64,000 bases of DNA from a virus (lineage: Duplodnaviria > Caudoviricetes), in the IMG/VR virus record IMGVR_UViG_3300037466_003648, positions 141,181 to 205,180 of that record; one strand, 5' to 3'. A program made the translations under genes and the position numbers. This document shows positions 38,863 to 48,916 of this stretch, piece after piece (positions within the stretch are counted from its first letter, which is position 1; the number at the start of each line of letters is the position of its first letter). The notes beneath the pieces were generated by a model, which was given only the letters and a program-made list of their open reading frames with translations, was not told the origin of the DNA and ran no database searches.

Positions 38863-39650
38863 TACATGCCCTCCGGCAAGCTGCCCGCGGCAAGCGCTCC
38901 GGCGCCCTGCCCGATGGCAACCGTGTCCGCCTGCGCCATCACCTGGCGCGCGTGCGTCAATGCGGTCGAGGTGGTGGCCTTCTCTGCCTGTCCGATCTGC
39001 TTCGAGATCGCGGCGAAGCCTTGGGCCAGTCCGCCCATGTTGGTGGGGTCGAGCTTCGCCGCCATGTCCGCTGCCTGGGCCAGCGAGTTGGCCGCGAACA
39101 TGCCGTGCATCTCGGGCTCGGTCTGGGAAAGACCCTTGTGCCGGGTGTCCGTGGCACCCTGCGCGTGATGGGTCTCTTTGCCCACGATGAGCTGGCTGTG
39201 ACCACCCTGGTCGTCCAGCATCTGGATCGAACCGGGGGTGTAGTCATAACCAGAGCCCAAGCGCCCCTGCACGGCGTAGAAGTTCTTCTGATCCTTGAGC
39301 GAGGGATGCGAGGGAGCGGGGTAGTCGCCCTCCGAGTACATGACGCCCGTGACCTCGGCCTGGCCGACACCACCGTGCTTGCCGTGCTTCATCTCGACCT
39401 TGACTTCGGCCCCGTCGTGCGGCAGGGCGTGGATCCCCGTACCCGCTCCGGCCGACCACGGCACCGACACCCGCACGTTGTGCAGGGTGATGTTCATGAG
39501 GGGCAAGTAGACGTCGACGCGGTGCGGATCGCTCTTCTGCGATCCCTCCACCACACGGCCGGTCATTGGACCCTTGGCGGGGTCCGCCCACTGGTCGTTG
39601 TAATGGCCGAAGGTGTCGTCCCAGGTAGGGCGGTTGAAGCCGAAGTCCAT
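38862..39650 (-). CDS. Baseplate central spike N-terminal (gp5/gpV OB-fold) protein
   Basis: ATG 39650 with GGAGG RBS (262 aa); MTGRVVEG...RVDVYLP...VRVSVPWSAGAGTGIHALPHDGAEVKV. Confidence 0.8.
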   Translation of the reverse strand: MDFGFNRPTWDDTFGHYNDQWADPAKGPMTGRVVEGSQKSDPHRVDVYLPLMNITLHNVRVSVPWSAGAGTGIHALPHDGAEVKVEMKHGKHGGVGQAEVTGVMYSEGDYPAPSHPSLKDQKNFYAVQGRLGSGYDYTPGSIQMLDDQGGHSQLIVGKETHHAQGATDTRHKGLSQTEPEMHGMFAANSLAQAADMAAKLDPTNMGGLAQGFAAISKQIGQAEKATTSTALTHARQVMAQADTVAIGQGAGALAAGSLPEGM

Positions 39651-39651
39651 A

Positions 39652-41280
39652 CTAACCTCCCGACGCCGACGTGTCCTGGGTGTTGCCCAGGCTGTCGAGC
39701 GTGATGGGCTTGCCATTGTTGGTCTGGTGCACGATGTAAGGCGCCCAGTCCTGACCGGGTGGCTTCTCGGCCGTACTCATGGCCTTCTTGACCGCGTTGA
39801 TGGTCTTGATCTTGTTCTCGTCGGCTTCCGCAAAGGCAATGGCCGTCTTGAAGCCCTTGGCAGGACCCTGAGCCACCAGCTGGTGCGTGACGGCTTCGGC
39901 GCGGAAGGTCTCGCCCTCGAAGAAGCCGAAGTTGAAGATGCGAACGGCCGTGCCCGCGCGCACCCCCTCGTCGCCGGGGATGATCGCCGTACCCGCCCGC
40001 ACGTCCTTGCCCCAGATGCGGAACATGGCGTCCACGAGTCCTTGGGCATTCGCGATGTCGGTCGAGGTGATCGTGTCGTCGAAGATGTAGCGCGTGCGGC
40101 GCGTGAAGTGGCGCAGACCGGGGAACGCATCGGGGATGTTGGCCGCGAAGAAGCGGTCATCGGGCAGACGGCCCGAGACATTCACCACACCGGCGCTGGG
40201 CAACGCGGGATCGCCCGCGCTCTTGTTCTGCGCCTGCGGGTTGACCACGATCAGTTCGGAGATGGTGCCGATCGTGCTCCAGTCGGTCTCAGCCGAGATG
40301 ACGTTGGGCGGATAAGTCACCCCGTTGATCGTTGCGGGCACGAGGAACGACAACACGTAGGGGTTGTCGAAGTTGTCCGTGAAGCGGGTCTTCCAGGAGA
40401 TCTGACCGCCGCCGTTCTGCTCGTCACCGATCTCCGCGAACAGCTCGCGCGGCTGTGCCTCCAGGCTGGCGATGTGCTTGATCACCTCCAACGGGAAGCG
40501 GTTCATGATGTTGAAGCCCATGATGCCGCCGTCCACGTCCTGGGGCGGGGTCACCGGGCGCGTCGACTTCTCGATGGCCGGGGCGGTCAGCGCCCGCGTG
40601 TCGTTGGACGCGGTCTTGTACTCCGTGTCACCCGGCTGGAAGTGCTCGACCAGGGGCGCGGGCAGGCAACCACCGTTGGAACCGGCATAGATGAGCCAGC
40701 CGATGATCTTGTGCTTGTCCAGGACACCGGAGTTGAAGTCCTTGGCGGCAATGCCCATCGCATCGGCAACCTCGTTGAGGGTCAGGGGCTGTTCTTGCGA
40801 GCGCACGGCGCCTGCCCCGGCGCTCTGGTAGATCTGCCAGTTCTGTCCGAAGATCTGACCACTGAACTTGTTGTCGATCAGGAACCGCATGGAGTCACGG
40901 CACGAGATCGTGACCTTGACGCCCTTCGAGGTGCACTTGGCGTTGATGGTGTCGACGTAGCCGAAGAAGACGCGGTTGCGGCGTGTGACCAGCTTGTCGC
41001 TGAACAACGCGCTCGCGTAGCCCATGTCGATGATGATGGGATCTTCCGGTGCGATGTCCAGTTCCTTGGCGAGATCGAGCTTGCGATCGTTGGTCGACAG
41101 GATGCGGCGCGTCAGGGTGAACTGCGCGCTGGACGACGCCCACAGGCGGGTCTGAGAAACCTTGGCCGAGAAGAGCTTCCACGGGGTACCACGACCGAAA
41201 ACGGGGTCGGGGCTTGTCGCCCGCCCCGTTCGGTCCGCCCGGTAGACAGCTCCCCACGGAAACGTGTGGTGCTGGCTCAT
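39652..41280 (-). CDS. Baseplate hub (T4 gp27/P2 gpD-like)
   Basis: IIIDMGY, VFFGYVDTI, VTISCRDSM and C-terminal GDEGVRAGTAVRI...FRAEAVTHQ; directly upstream of the spike. Confidence 0.8.
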   Translation of the reverse strand: MSQHHTFPWGAVYRADRTGRATSPDPVFGRGTPWKLFSAKVSQTRLWASSSAQFTLTRRILSTNDRKLDLAKELDIAPEDPIIIDMGYASALFSDKLVTRRNRVFFGYVDTINAKCTSKGVKVTISCRDSMRFLIDNKFSGQIFGQNWQIYQSAGAGAVRSQEQPLTLNEVADAMGIAAKDFNSGVLDKHKIIGWLIYAGSNGGCLPAPLVEHFQPGDTEYKTASNDTRALTAPAIEKSTRPVTPPQDVDGGIMGFNIMNRFPLEVIKHIASLEAQPRELFAEIGDEQNGGGQISWKTRFTDNFDNPYVLSFLVPATINGVTYPPNVISAETDWSTIGTISELIVVNPQAQNKSAGDPALPSAGVVNVSGRLPDDRFFAANIPDAFPGLRHFTRRTRYIFDDTITSTDIANAQGLVDAMFRIWGKDVRAGTAIIPGDEGVRAGTAVRIFNFGFFEGETFRAEAVTHQLVAQGPAKGFKTAIAFAEADENKIKTINAVKKAMSTAEKPPGQDWAPYIVHQTNNGKPITLDSLGNTQDTSASGG

Positions 41281-41283
41281 TGG

Positions 41284-41976
41284 TTAGCTGAAGTTCGTGA
41301 GGTTCGGTTGGGTGCCGGGAATCGTGTTCGCCACACCGTCCTGGAACGACTTGAAGAAGTTGCCCTGACCACCGATGTTCTTGGCCGGGGTGTCGTTCGA
41401 CAACGTCGGCGTCTTGAGACCGTCGATGATCGAGTAGTCCGACGTGATGGCCGTGAAGCCCTCGGCGACGCCCTGCCACTGCACGGCGACAACGTGACGA
41501 CCCGACGTGGCCGCCAAGTGCCAGGAGTCGATCTTGCAGGTCTCCAGAACGAAGCGACCCGTGACGTCGCGGTTCCAGGTACCGTCGATGTCGATCGAGC
41601 TGATCGCGCCTTCCAGCACGTCCGCGTCGACCGGGTTCATCGAGAAGGTGATCTCGAAGCGCGGCGAGCGGCCGAAGCGCTTGCGGCGGGTGATCTGGTT
41701 GAAGCCGAAGGTCTGCTGGAAGACGTTGACGTCGAGCAGGCCCTTCTCCAGAACGTAGGCGATCTGGAACTCACCGTCCAGGTAGCGCGGGTAGCGCTGG
41801 CCCATCTCCAGGTAGATCTCGGTGGCGTTGCGGACGGTCATCACGATCGACGTGAACTGACCGAGCAGCACCTTGCCACCCGAGGACTGGTCGGCCACCC
41901 AGCAGCCGACGTCAAAGCCCTGAAGGGGGTCGGCGCCGCCCTGGTTGAGCATGTTGGACTTGATGCTACCGGCCAT
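41284..41976 (-). CDS. Tail tube protein (paralogue 2)
   Basis: DPLQGFDV...GQFTSI...LDGEFQIAYVLEKGLLD; gp19-like tube pattern downstream of the sheath. Confidence 0.75.
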   Translation of the reverse strand: MAGSIKSNMLNQGGADPLQGFDVGCWVADQSSGGKVLLGQFTSIVMTVRNATEIYLEMGQRYPRYLDGEFQIAYVLEKGLLDVNVFQQTFGFNQITRRKRFGRSPRFEITFSMNPVDADVLEGAISSIDIDGTWNRDVTGRFVLETCKIDSWHLAATSGRHVVAVQWQGVAEGFTAITSDYSIIDGLKTPTLSNDTPAKNIGGQGNFFKSFQDGVANTIPGTQPNLTNFS

Positions 41977-42045
41977 CTTGGTGACTCCTCTTCTTCAGGG
42001 ACCGCTCCTCATGGTAAGGATGTGGTCATGTGTGATCTGGGCGCT

Positions 42046-43326
42046 TTAAGTGCTCTTGGAGGGTGGGGTGGGTGGACCTTCCACAAAGGTCTTGAAGTAG
42101 TACCCTTCGGTGTCCTGCTGATACGCCACGTTCGCGTTCGCACCCGCGTTCGGGTCACCCGTCGCGCGCGAGTGGGGGCTTTCCGTTGGGCTGGGTCCCG
42201 GTAGCGCGTAGGATCGCTGGCCCTGACCCGCAGGACGCACCTCGCCCGTGTTGCCCGACCCAACTGGATCGGGGTGGGGCCGCACCTCGCCCGTGTTGCC
42301 GGAGAGGCTGCCCAGGCTGACACGCAGGGTCGTGATCTGGTCGTCCAGGCTCGCCAGCAGAGGCACCGCCAGTGCGGGGTCGAGCGCCCCCAACCCCGAG
42401 GCAACGGCTGCACGCGTGACTTGCAGCGCCGCCAACATCTGAGCGGGGGATCCGCCCCATTGGTTGATGGCCGAGCTAACACCCTCGTGGCTGCGCACGG
42501 CACCCAACTGGCGGTCGATCGAGTCCAGCAATGCCTGCTTTCCAGGGAAGTCTGGTAGGCTCGCGAGCACCTGCTTCTCCGCGTTCAGGATCATCTCGGG
42601 GCTGATCCAGTCAGGGTAGAGTTGGTACGACGCGGGTGTTACGCGTGGCGATGTCGAGGCGTAGTCCGCGTAGTCCTGGAAGAAGAACGTCGGCAGCTCG
42701 ATCGGGTCGGTCGGACGTCCCTGCACATCGTAGCCGCTGCGCTTGTTGAATGGCATGTTGTCGAGCGTCAGCGGCTCGGCCCAGATCTGCTGAGCCAACC
42801 CCTTCCACTGGGTGACCACGATCTCGCGCCCAGCGCGTGCGCCGAGTCCCCATTCATCGACCTTCGCCATCTCCAGTACCACGCGACCGCTGGGCGTACG
42901 CTCGATCTTCTGACCGAACGCCATGCAGGCTTCGTCTAGCGCGGCGAAGTCTACGGGATCGATGGCGAACGTGATCTTGAAACGTGGACTGCGTACGTAA
43001 CGATTCAGCCAGTTGTAGGTCTTGAAGCCGAACGTCTCGCGGAACACGTTGACGTCTAGCAGCCCCTTGTCCATGGTGAAGCTGATCTGCTTCTCGCCGT
43101 CCAGGTAGATGGGCGTATCGTAACCCACCGGCTTGTAGGGCTCGGAGGCCACCTTGACCCAGATCTGGATCTGGGTGAACTGGCCCATGAGCACGTCCTT
43201 GTGCCCGCGCCCCATGTCCTGGACGAAAACGCCCACGTCGAATCCCTGGATGGGGTCCGGCCCACCCACGTTGATGACCTTCGAGTCGACGGACTGCTTC
43301 GAGCCCACCTTCGGGTCGATCTGCAC
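42046..43326 (-). CDS. Tail tube-like protein (paralogue 1) with ~200-aa C-terminal extension
   Basis: DPIQGFDV...GQFTQI...LDGEKQISFTMDKGLLDVNVF aligns with 41284..41976; first gene after the sheath. Confidence 0.75.
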   Translation of the reverse strand: MQIDPKVGSKQSVDSKVINVGGPDPIQGFDVGVFVQDMGRGHKDVLMGQFTQIQIWVKVASEPYKPVGYDTPIYLDGEKQISFTMDKGLLDVNVFRETFGFKTYNWLNRYVRSPRFKITFAIDPVDFAALDEACMAFGQKIERTPSGRVVLEMAKVDEWGLGARAGREIVVTQWKGLAQQIWAEPLTLDNMPFNKRSGYDVQGRPTDPIELPTFFFQDYADYASTSPRVTPASYQLYPDWISPEMILNAEKQVLASLPDFPGKQALLDSIDRQLGAVRSHEGVSSAINQWGGSPAQMLAALQVTRAAVASGLGALDPALAVPLLASLDDQITTLRVSLGSLSGNTGEVRPHPDPVGSGNTGEVRPAGQGQRSYALPGPSPTESPHSRATGDPNAGANANVAYQQDTEGYYFKTFVEGPPTPPSKST

Positions 43327-43344
43327 GGGATGCTCCTACGAAGT

Positions 43345-43368
43345 GGGTCCGGGTCGGAACCCGGACCC
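43345..43368. repeat. 10-bp perfect hairpin between sheath and tube genes
   Basis: GGGTCCGGGT-CGGA-ACCCGGACCC; no U-tract; just upstream of the AGGAG RBS. Confidence 0.85.
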
Positions 43369-43381
43369 TTCGTCCATTTGC

Positions 43382-45808
43382 CTAGACGTCCGTCGCCAGG
43401 CGGTGCATGCCGTAGTCGATCTCGTCCGCGGGGTACACGGGGTACCACTGGAAGTCGATGCGCACGCCCTTGCCCTGCGTCTTGGCCGAGATGATGGTGC
43501 CGCCCTTGATCTTGCCGACCGCCGCGAGACCATTGAGGTAGGTCTGGGCCATCGCCGCGATGTTCTGGAGCAGATCGCCGCCCTTCGGCTCGCTCTTCTC
43601 CGCCTGCGAGGCGAAGTAGAGGTCGGTCTTGATGCGGTTCGCCATCCGGCGGATGCAGACGTAGTACTCGGCCGCATCCGAGGACAGCGTACGACCGTTC
43701 AGGCGGTGGTAGCCGTTCGTCGCCGGGTCGAGGACCAAGGCTTCGAGACGACCGTCCGTGTACGCCTGGAAGTCGACGTCGTCGTTCTCCGTGTCGACCG
43801 CACCCACCGTCTTGAAGTACGGCGAGCTGCTACGGGCGGCAGGCGAGACGTGCTCCGGTGTGGCGCACAGCGCACCGACATAGAAGCCATCCGGCGACAC
43901 GCCCAGCTCCGGCAGGCGGGGCTGACCCGTGTACGTCGCCCAGCCCGCCACCATCACGGCCGAACCGGTCGTGGTGTCGTAGCCCGTGGCTGCCGTGGCC
44001 GCGCTGGTGGCGTCAACACGGCGGGCCGCGTTCAGGATGGCAATGCGCAGGCCCTTCAGGATCGTCGCATTCTCCGCCTGGGCAAGCAGCGCGTGACGGA
44101 TCGCATCCGACGTCTGGCCGGGCGCGAAGATGATGTTCGCGCGCTTGGTAGCCAGCAGGCGGATGGCCGCCAGGTAGTCATCTTCGGTGATGGTGGAGCC
44201 GTCGAGGCCACCCGACAGGAAGCCGGTGCCCGTGGGCAGGTTGATGTTGTTGAAGTCGGCGTTCGGCGACAGGACGCCACGGACCGTGATCGAGCTGCGC
44301 AGCGCCGCGATCTCACGCCCGTTGATCAGGTCACCCGGCGTGAACGCCAGCGTGATCGTCTCGCTCTTGTTGTCGGAGTTGGTCAGCTTCACGTCCACCG
44401 TACCGGCCTTGGTGCCGGGGATGAACGTGTACTTGATGAAGTTGCCGTCCGAACCCTCGCCGATGGCCGTCAGGGTCAGGTCGCCGCTGGTCACCGACGC
44501 CTTCGCCGCACCGTCCAGACCACCCGTCAGGTTGCCGCTGGTCGGGTTGATCGTGAGGTCGGAGGTCAGGTTGCCGGTTTCCGCCAAAGCGTACTGGATC
44601 GCGTTGCCCGCCGCACCCGGCGTCTTCGCCGTCAGGACGATCTTGTTCAGCACGGAGTCGTAGACCGCCACGACGGATGCCTGCGCATCCTGGTTGACAG
44701 TCGTAACGAACGCCGCGTCGATCGCCAGGGCGGTCTCGGCCGCGGTCAGCGCCACGGTGTAGTTCTTGACGACCACACCATCGATCACCGTCAGGGTCAG
44801 CGTCTCGTAGGAGCTGGCCGAACGGGTGATGACGGTGAGCTGGATCGCGTTGGCCGCGGCACCCGCGGTCTTGGCCGTCAGGGTGATGACGGCAGCCGAG
44901 TTGTTCGCGGTCACGTCGGGATCGCCGCTGCCCGCGTTGATGGCTGCCACCAGACCCGCCGCGACGTTCGTGGTGGTGTTGCCCGCCACGACGCGGTAGG
45001 TGTAGGTGCGGCTCGTGGAGCCGTTGGTCACGATCAGCACGACGCGGTCGTCGGCCGTGATGGTGCCGCCGATGGTGTCGGTCGCCGTTGCCGCGATGGC
45101 CGCCGCACCGGTTGCCAGGGTGGCCGCCGAGCGGGTTGCCGTGACAGTCGCGCTACCACCCGTGCCTTGGGCCACGGCGCCTGCCAACGTGATGGAGTTG
45201 CCACCCGCACCCGCGGTCTTGGCGGTCAGGGTCACGACGGCACCACTCACGGTTGCCGCCACGGTCGGATCGCCCGCACCGTTGTTGGACGCGTTGATGA
45301 CGGCCATCGCCCCCGCCGCGATGCTGTTGACGGTGTCACCCGCCACGACCGTGTAGTCGTAGGCCACGCCACCGATGGTGATCGTCACGACGTTGCCCAC
45401 CGTGACCGTGCCCGCGATGGTGACCGTGCCCGTGGCCGCGATGGCGTTCGCACCACCCGTCAGGGTGGGGTTGTTGAGCGTCTGGGTCTCGGTGGGCGAG
45501 ACGTTGGCAACGGCACCGCCGATGGTGAACTGCGCGCTGGCCGAGCGGGCGGCGCCCAGGACACGCACGAAGCCGGTGTCGGTGGCGCCTTCGTCGCGGG
45601 CGCACTGCAGACCGACGGAGCCCTCGGAGAGGTCACGGCCGATCTTGTCGTCCAGCTGGGTGTCGCTGGAGACGAGGATCACGTCACCCAGCGCGCCGCG
45701 CTTCGACTTACCGACCGCCACGGCGCGGTTCAGCGCCTGCTGCTGGACCGGAAGGGGACCGTCGATGATCTCTTCGATCGAGACGTTGGGGAAAGAAACT
45801 GCCGACAT
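43382..45808 (-). CDS. Contractile tail sheath protein
   Basis: N-terminal FPNVSIEEI...AVAVGKSKRG; C-terminal SPDGFYVG...SPA...GYHRLNGRT...RRMANRI...YPVYPADEI; 808 aa with inserted domains. Confidence 0.93.
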   Translation of the reverse strand: MSAVSFPNVSIEEIIDGPLPVQQQALNRAVAVGKSKRGALGDVILVSSDTQLDDKIGRDLSEGSVGLQCARDEGATDTGFVRVLGAARSASAQFTIGGAVANVSPTETQTLNNPTLTGGANAIAATGTVTIAGTVTVGNVVTITIGGVAYDYTVVAGDTVNSIAAGAMAVINASNNGAGDPTVAATVSGAVVTLTAKTAGAGGNSITLAGAVAQGTGGSATVTATRSAATLATGAAAIAATATDTIGGTITADDRVVLIVTNGSTSRTYTYRVVAGNTTTNVAAGLVAAINAGSGDPDVTANNSAAVITLTAKTAGAAANAIQLTVITRSASSYETLTLTVIDGVVVKNYTVALTAAETALAIDAAFVTTVNQDAQASVVAVYDSVLNKIVLTAKTPGAAGNAIQYALAETGNLTSDLTINPTSGNLTGGLDGAAKASVTSGDLTLTAIGEGSDGNFIKYTFIPGTKAGTVDVKLTNSDNKSETITLAFTPGDLINGREIAALRSSITVRGVLSPNADFNNINLPTGTGFLSGGLDGSTITEDDYLAAIRLLATKRANIIFAPGQTSDAIRHALLAQAENATILKGLRIAILNAARRVDATSAATAATGYDTTTGSAVMVAGWATYTGQPRLPELGVSPDGFYVGALCATPEHVSPAARSSSPYFKTVGAVDTENDDVDFQAYTDGRLEALVLDPATNGYHRLNGRTLSSDAAEYYVCIRRMANRIKTDLYFASQAEKSEPKGGDLLQNIAAMAQTYLNGLAAVGKIKGGTIISAKTQGKGVRIDFQWYPVYPADEIDYGMHRLATDV

Positions 45809-45824
45809 CGAGTGTCTCCTTTAC

Positions 45825-46778
45825 CTAGCAGGGGCTGTCGTCTTCACGCTTGAAGTAGAACGAGAGGTCGAGCAGACCCTTGGGGGCGGAGTCGATCAGC
45901 GCCATCAGGTCTGGGTCGAGGGTCGAGTACGGGTGACTTGTCGCTGGATCGGTCAGGTCACTCCGGTCGATCGTGGTACCATCCGCGCGAAGGAAGACGT
46001 TGCGCATCGTGTCGTAGAAGACGTCGATCGTGGCGTTCTGCGCATCGGTGATGTAACCGACCTGGAGGTTCCCGTCCGACATCTCCACCGGCAGGTAGCG
46101 CGGTTGGCGACGCCAACGGATCGGCACGTAGTAATCAGTGTGCCAGGTGATCGTGGCAGAATGTAGGATAAGATTGCTGCTCTTGTCCTGTGTGGCTGTC
46201 GGGTAGTCGATGTGGTGCACGAAGGAGTTTGCGAGCAGCCGCATCTTGTTGCCGTTCGGGAACGCGGGCAGGTGGTGCAGATCGTCGCGCAGAACTGCCG
46301 CAACCACCTCCGCGTACTGGCGGACCGCCCACTCGATGTAGTTGTGCTCGAAGAGCGTGTTCTGCTCTTCGGAGATCGTGTTGTCGCTCTCGCTCTGGTT
46401 GGAGTAGCCGAACATGTGCAGCTTGAGCTGGATGTTGGCGCGTGCCTTGATGTAGGCGGTCAGGTCGGACTTGTCGCCGCCCAGCGTGGTTTGCTTCTCG
46501 TCGAAGACGACACCCGCGTTCTCGGAGTTGACCGTGAGGCTGGTGGTCGCGTCGCCCTGCGCGTAGTGGTAGGGATAGACGGACAGTGTGATGCCGTTCG
46601 GGTTCTTCAGCTCGCGCCCGTCGTAGTTGCGGAACTTGTTGATGCGCAGCGGCTTGCCGTTCACATCGGTGATCGGTGGATCGACCAGCAACGGGTGCAT
46701 GGCCAGACGGAAGATTGCCGTCTGCACGATCCGGTTGACCGTGACGGGAGGCCAGATCTGAACGCTGCCTTGTGCCAT
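45825..46778 (-). CDS. Tail completion/terminator-type protein
   Basis: Immediately upstream of the sheath; beta-rich fold pattern. Positional call. Confidence 0.5.
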   Translation of the reverse strand: MAQGSVQIWPPVTVNRIVQTAIFRLAMHPLLVDPPITDVNGKPLRINKFRNYDGRELKNPNGITLSVYPYHYAQGDATTSLTVNSENAGVVFDEKQTTLGGDKSDLTAYIKARANIQLKLHMFGYSNQSESDNTISEEQNTLFEHNYIEWAVRQYAEVVAAVLRDDLHHLPAFPNGNKMRLLANSFVHHIDYPTATQDKSSNLILHSATITWHTDYYVPIRWRRQPRYLPVEMSDGNLQVGYITDAQNATIDVFYDTMRNVFLRADGTTIDRSDLTDPATSHPYSTLDPDLMALIDSAPKGLLDLSFYFKREDDSPC

Positions 46779-48467
46779 TTAGAAGATCCCTCGATTGAAG
46801 TAGTTGATGTCCTGGAATGCCTGGGACATCCGGTTGGAGAGCTTGGGCTGTGCCACACGCGCTCCCACAATGCCACCGGGCTCCTGCAACAGGGCCAGCT
46901 CGGCCTTACCCATAGGGAAGTGGTACACGATGTCCATCACGATGCTCTTGGGCTCGCCATCGAAGTCCGTCGCGAGCACCAGCGTGTTGGGCACGGCACC
47001 GAAGACGACTTCGGGCGGCGCGCTCAACAGATCGAAAACCAGCTTGTCCTCCGTGACGGAGAGTTGGTAAGGCACGATGCGGATCCCAGGAGCCGTGACG
47101 GTGTTGCCTGCCACTTGCATCTGGGTCGGCGAGCGCAGCGCGGGCAGCACCTTGAGCTGCTTCGAGATCAGGTTCATGTCGTCGGCCATCAGGCGCACGA
47201 CGTCGTCGGCAGTGGATCCCCGCGGGATCTTAACCACGCGAGCAGGCACCCCGTACGAGCTGGCTGCTACGTTGCCGACCTGGTACTTCAGCACCCCGTC
47301 CTGACTGGTCTTGCCGGAAACCGACGTGACCTTGAAGTAGAACGAGTCGTAGAGTGCGTCGCTGATCGCTGCCGTGGGGTTGGTCGCGCCGGGCTTGAGC
47401 ACGGCAGCGGTGCCTGCGTTGCCGGGGGTGATGTCGATCAAGACCGAGTAGGGACCCTTCTGCGAGAGCAGGGTGTAGTCGGGGTGGTCGAGCTGCAGGA
47501 TGTTCTGCATCACGCCGTAGACGATGCCCTTGATGCCCAATGTGCCGCTTGCGTTCAGCAACTCCAGCGTGCAGAACAACGCGCTCACGATGAGGTCGTG
47601 CTGGCCCGCGTAGAACGACATCCACCCCATGTTGACCTGGAGCGATGGGATCACCGTCAAGGGGTTGCCGACCGAGTCCATGGTCTGCATGACCCGGCTG
47701 GTCGTGATCAATGGACCCTCGTTGGGGCCAATCACGAGGTTGAACTTGGTGCCCGCCGGTGCCGCCGCGAGGTAGGCACGAACCGCGCCCAGCAACTTGT
47801 TCATGATGACCGCAGGCGTGTCGCCCACGGCCACGGGCGCGCTGACCTTGTACTGGTTGACCCACAGGTTTGCCACACCGTCTTCTTGTGCACCGGGGTA
47901 CGGCTTGACGGCGTTGTTGATGGGGTCGTAGGTCGTGGGGTTGACGTCGAGCGCCATGAAGATGCGAGGGCTCTTGTCTACCACGGCCGACGAAGCAGCC
48001 TTCGCCGCGGCGGCAGCCGCTGCCGTCAGTTCGGGCGAGCTGGTCAGCTGCTTGAGGTCGGCCATCGCCTCCTTCTGGAGGTCCGAGGCAATCTTCTGCT
48101 GCTCGGGCACCTGGCCCGCAAGCATGGTGGTCATCCACGACGCGGCCAACCGGGCGGCGATCATGTAGACCATGTCCTTGACGATGGAGTTGGTCATCAC
48201 CTGGAAGACCAAGGTGTTCGCCGTCGCCTGAATCGTAGGATCGGCGAGGTCGCTCAGCTCCTCGTAGAAGACCATCTTGCCCACACCGGTGCTGGTCTGG
48301 GCACGCGCGCTGATCAGGTAGCCCCGGATGCGGGGGAACGCGCTCTGGTTCAGGTAGCTCAGGATCTTGCTGTTAGGAAAGGTGCCCGTGTCCGACAACA
48401 CGACGTTGTAGTCACGGACCTGCTGGACGATGGGATCGTTCGGGTTGGTGATGAACGGCGTTGCCAT
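46779..48467 (-). CDS. Head-tail adaptor/neck protein with extra domains
   Basis: Helical N-terminus (ILSYLNQSAFPRIRGYL...IAARLAASW...EAMADLKQL) resembles Mu gp36/SPP1 gp15-type adaptors. Confidence 0.55.
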   Translation of the reverse strand: MATPFITNPNDPIVQQVRDYNVVLSDTGTFPNSKILSYLNQSAFPRIRGYLISARAQTSTGVGKMVFYEELSDLADPTIQATANTLVFQVMTNSIVKDMVYMIAARLAASWMTTMLAGQVPEQQKIASDLQKEAMADLKQLTSSPELTAAAAAAAKAASSAVVDKSPRIFMALDVNPTTYDPINNAVKPYPGAQEDGVANLWVNQYKVSAPVAVGDTPAVIMNKLLGAVRAYLAAAPAGTKFNLVIGPNEGPLITTSRVMQTMDSVGNPLTVIPSLQVNMGWMSFYAGQHDLIVSALFCTLELLNASGTLGIKGIVYGVMQNILQLDHPDYTLLSQKGPYSVLIDITPGNAGTAAVLKPGATNPTAAISDALYDSFYFKVTSVSGKTSQDGVLKYQVGNVAASSYGVPARVVKIPRGSTADDVVRLMADDMNLISKQLKVLPALRSPTQMQVAGNTVTAPGIRIVPYQLSVTEDKLVFDLLSAPPEVVFGAVPNTLVLATDFDGEPKSIVMDIVYHFPMGKAELALLQEPGGIVGARVAQPKLSNRMSQAFQDINYFNRGIF

Positions 48468-48483
48468 GGGTCACCTATGAAAG

Positions 48484-48510
48484 AGGCGGGGAGACAGAGC
48501 CTCCCCGCCT
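48484..48510 (-). terminator. 10-bp hairpin with short T-run (weak terminator/attenuator)
   Basis: AGGCGGGGAG/CTCCCCGCCT with 7-nt loop; followed on the minus strand by CTTTCAT. Confidence 0.55.
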
Positions 48511-48528
48511 TGACTTACAAAACCAGCG

Positions 48529-48891
48529 CTACTCCGCCTTGGGCTCCTCGGGCGCAGCCGCCGAACGGCGACGCGTCTTGGGGGCTTCCGGGGTGGCTTC
48601 GGCGGTCGCCTCGACCGGGGCTTCCGCTTCGGGAGCGTCAGACACCTGGGTGGGCTCTTCGACCGGGGCCTCCTCGGCGGTGGGAGCGGCCGGAGCCTCT
48701 TCCACCGGAGCGGGGCTCTCCGCGGGGGCGTCGACCTCGTCGGTGCCGAGGTCACGCTTGAGAGCGTAGATCGGGTAGACACCCGACTTCTGCTCCTTCA
48801 GCTCGGCCCACTGGCGGTCGGTGACGGTTTGCTCGTCACCGACGTAAGGACCTTCGCTGCCGCAGGGATGGATGCAGACGATGTGCTTCAT
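48529..48891 (-). CDS. Small head-associated protein with Ala/Glu/Pro-rich tail
   Basis: 120 aa, in the capsid cluster; low-complexity C-terminal half. Confidence 0.7.
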   Translation of the reverse strand: MKHIVCIHPCGSEGPYVGDEQTVTDRQWAELKEQKSGVYPIYALKRDLGTDEVDAPAESPAPVEEAPAAPTAEEAPVEEPTQVSDAPEAEAPVEATAEATPEAPKTRRRSAAAPEEPKAE

Positions 48892-48916
48892 GGTGGGGTC
48901 CTCGTTCCTTCTGGGC

